Below, piece after piece: positions 60,825-64,000 of a DNA stretch of 64,000 nucleotides. The translations under genes and the position numbers were made by a program. Within the stretch, counting starts at the first letter, position 1. Every line of letters begins with the position of its first letter. The notes below the pieces were generated by a model. That model saw only the letters and a list, made by a program, of their open reading frames with translations. It had not been told where the DNA came from and searched no databases. The DNA comes from Chrysomallon squamiferum (Eukaryota; Animalia; Mollusca). The stretch spans positions 35,836,001 through 35,900,000 of the forward strand of contig CM022671.1 in the NCBI GenBank assembly GCA_012295275.1. The letters are read 5' to 3'.

Positions 60825-61029
60825 ATGTGTGCGTGTATGTGAAAGAGAAATGTATGATTTGAGACAGGCTGACAAAGTTTTGATGTACTAATTTTTTAAT
60901 TATTAAAATACTTACATTAAGCTGGCTTGTAACAGTGGGAGAGATAAGATTCCAAACACTGAAAATTAAATATTTCAACAAATTATATTTTACTCAAATA
61001 GTTTTTTAATAAAATTTTGAAAAACTAAT

Positions 61030-61069
<40 letters not shown>

Positions 61070-61154
61070 TGAACAATTATAATAATAATATGAACAATTA
61101 TAATAATAATAATAACAACAATATTAAAAATAGCAATATTTACAATAACAGCTC

Positions 61155-61187
<33 letters not shown>

Positions 61188-61317
61188 CTATAAACGACAA
61201 ATATTTATAAACCACACACATATGTAAAAAATAAAATTTTGAACAAAACTGAAATGTAGAATTTATAAAACGCATAATGATATAATACTTACCAGCTACA
61301 AGAAAATTCAGTTTCAT
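56231..61317 (-). CDS. Receptor E: type I membrane protein, ~581 aa, 10 exons
   Basis: Exons 61317-61293, 60958-60916, 60198-60091, 59874-59768, 59636-59543, 59284-59229, 59027-58677, 58023-57900, 57411-57360, 57016-56231 total 1746 nt, all GT-AG in phase. Signal MKLNFLVAVFGILSLPLLQA; TVCCTH...SNCCR; ICSSVC; LCEFEKCVK; TM FVVGTVCGLMGGAVLTAIIVFLCWV; tail ANPCY, SLYAQI, YNTL, YNRL, YDAM, SGYANV, VLYFVL. Confidence 0.88.
59621..59700. repeat. Near-perfect inverted repeat (~32-bp arms) spanning a splice acceptor of gene E
   Basis: actgttaaatttaacactgaaataaataaata ... tatttatttatttcactgttaaatttaacagt, with one mismatch. Confidence 0.85.
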
Positions 61318-61530
61318 GATAAGTAAATTTGTGTTCACTGGAAATTAAAAATAGAAAATAATTAAACGACAGAATAAATAGTTTGTGTACTCATTGCTCT
61401 TTATAATATTTAATGGTTGTTGATAAAATTATTTTACAACAGAAACTGAGAAGAAATTAATTGACATGACAGTACATACCACTGAAACTGATTCAGTAGC
61501 TTGCTATTAAAATAAAAAAAAAAAAATCTG

Positions 61531-61570
61531 TGGAGCCACTGAGAGGTATCGAACCCGTGAGCTGCTGTTC
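61531..61570 (-). mobile_element. tRNA-like 3' fragment (SINE head remnant)
   Basis: Minus strand cacgGGTTCGATACCtctcagtggctCCA is a B box/T-loop followed by CCA. No intact cloverleaf is visible. Confidence 0.4.
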
Positions 61571-61652
61571 TTATTACTACTGACGTCACTAGCTATGTGA
61601 AACTGTTTAATGTAACTATTTATAGTGTACGTCTCTAAATTTCACCGTACCC

Positions 61653-61689
<37 letters not shown>

Positions 61690-62605
61690 TGTGTGTGTGT
61701 GTATTAATGTATATAGATTAATATTTATTTAGCAGAGGTATCTGTATTGCATGAGGGTATCAGAAAGCTACTTTTCTTTTTATAATTTAAAATAAACAAA
61801 TAAACAAATGAAAAAGAAAATGGAGCATTATCTTACCCCCAGGTGATAATTGTAAATTTAAAAAAATGGAGCTTTATCGCTTTGCTCCAGGTAATACACG
61901 TGTAATTATAAATATCACTGCTAAATAAATATCAATTTGAAAAAATTTCAAAACGTGTTAATAACAACGGTTACAAACCATAGCATATGTAATGATGACT
62001 TTAAGACGTATACGTTCTGGGTTCACACCCCGTCTGCAGCACACTCTTTGAAAGGATGCAAAACTCTGCACTCACTTTTAACTAACTAACCCTCTAACAC
62101 ACTAACTCTTATGATGCTTCTAAGAGCATGCAGACATGTATGTATATAAATGTGTGTCTACGCGCACATAGACCAGCCATATTCGAATATTCAATGCATA
62201 CAAGTACATTACAAACAGTTGATTGATTAATATTTGAAAAAAATAATGTATGTATATATGTAAAGTTACCTGCGTGAATTATCCAACAGTAAAATACTGA
62301 TCTACCTGTGTCTCTGTCGCTGTCTACAGGTGCTCGGTGTGACAACGAGCCATGCTGGTGAATGTGTGGAATAACTCAGAAACGAGGATGTGAAATTTGT
62401 CTCAGTGTGTTGAACTTAGACAAACACACGAAGTTAGACTGACGAGTACGTGTGACCTACATACCAGTTAGAACGGAGTCGTCACGGAAATACGCGAAGT
62501 GTGTCGTCACGTCATCTGTCCATGTTACATGTTTTCGTTTCATGTTTTCCCCATTGCAGTTGGCACTGATATGCGAAGAAGGAAAAGTCAAACCAGAAGA
62601 TTCAG

Positions 62606-62645
<40 letters not shown>

Positions 62646-64000
62646 GAAGAACATAATGGATGAAAGAGACAGAGAGAGAGATCTCAGATTTGAGAAGTGA
62701 AGCTTTTATTTAGGATTTTTAGGTGGGTTTTTTTGGTTTTAAAAAACGTCGGCCAGTGTCCGTTGTAGCACTATTATATTATGGTCCATGAGAACCGTGT
62801 GTAAAGTTTCTGTAGTGACTTTTCATAAAGTTATAGTACCCAATTTGTCATGGGAACCTCCCTCATCAGAAAAGCTGGATCCACCACAGAAATACCTGTT
62901 TAAGTAAATAAAAGTTTTAATAGATATTAAAATGTTTACTAATACTCTTGCACAGACTTGTATTTAAAAGATATTTTATTCAAGATTTTAAATTTTCTTG
63001 AGAAAACGGTATGAATCAATACTTATACATTTTACGTTTTTAAAAGTTACAGAATAAAGTGTGTGTGTAACCACTAAGGATTTATCCTCGTGACCAGTGC
63101 TGGTAGTCAGTTGCAGCAAATTGTATTAAATGACATCGTAATGTTATCTCGATAAATGAACGATTTCAGAAATCTTTGTACTGATGAAAGCTGGACAGCT
63201 TAAAATATGGGAATACGTGTGCACTAAATGCGTTAGAGACAATATCCGCGCATGCGCTGTTTTTCTGAGGATAACAGAAAACAAAGACAAGAGTAAGATG
63301 AAAATAGTGCATTTATTCTGAAAAAAGTAGTACCAGAAAAAAACACCTAAGTAGACAATTAAAAAAAAAAAAAAGAAGAAAAAAGTCTTGATTTACAATA
63401 TTCAGTGTCGATCTTTCTCACTGTAACAACAACAAAACAGTTTTAACTTTTGTAAACAACGTCTACCAATTTACCGATAATGTTTTGTGTAGTCTGCACT
63501 TCCGTTTACAATATCATTATCAAACATTTGTTTGCAAACATGATCTAACATGACTAATGTGTTTAGTTCTGCTCAGTGATTTCTTTACTGATAACACAAT
63601 TACGAAACAGATGTTTTGTTTACTGAACGTAACAACAGTTAGAAGAAAAGTTTGCTGTGCAGATGTTTTTTTTTTTTAACAAATCAAAATACAATATCGC
63701 AATTATTTACTTATTTGTTGTGATGCTGATACAAACAAACGTTTGCCAAAAAAAAACCGCTTGATCAAACATTGACTAAATAAATTTGCTGTGTTTTCAT
63801 CATGTTTGTTACTTTTCTGGCCATTTGTTTGGTTGTTTAGTGAATATGACATCATCAAACCTACATATCTACGGTAACAAACAAAAAAAAAATGTTTCTT
63901 ATTTTTGTTAATATGACTAAACATGATATTGTTTGCAAACAAAAGTTCGATGGCATAATAAGTTTTACACATCCAATATTTAAAAAAAAAAATCTGTTAA

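Overview
AT-rich, microsatellite-dense eukaryotic (animal) genomic DNA; an invertebrate, possibly mollusc-like, origin is inferred, not shown. Most ORF-track entries are artefacts of simple repeats. Splicing exons by hand (GT-AG sites plus reading-frame phase) gives seven intron-containing genes. (1) A cluster of five very divergent single-pass type I membrane receptor genes, A 16095-23428 (+), B 26625-36936 (+), C 40113-46901 (+), D 51490-55918 (+) and E 61317-56231 (-). Each has a signal peptide, a Cys-rich ectodomain I cannot assign to a known family, an S/T-rich stalk (His/Met repeats in C), a GxxxG helix and a Tyr-motif-rich tail (NPxY, ITIM/ITAM-like, YxN, YxxM). Shared intron phases and some identical exon lengths support paralogy. 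(2) A minus-strand secreted multi-peptide precursor (10640-8798) in which each peptide sits on its own micro-exon inside ~500-bp tandem duplications. (3) A small, probably GPI-anchored protein gene (3571-7541) with a candidate spliced uORF. Also present are minisatellites (several touching splice sites), tRNA-derived SINE-like elements and many microsatellites. No CRISPR, rRNA or intact tRNA genes were found. All gene models are manual and need RNA-seq confirmation.
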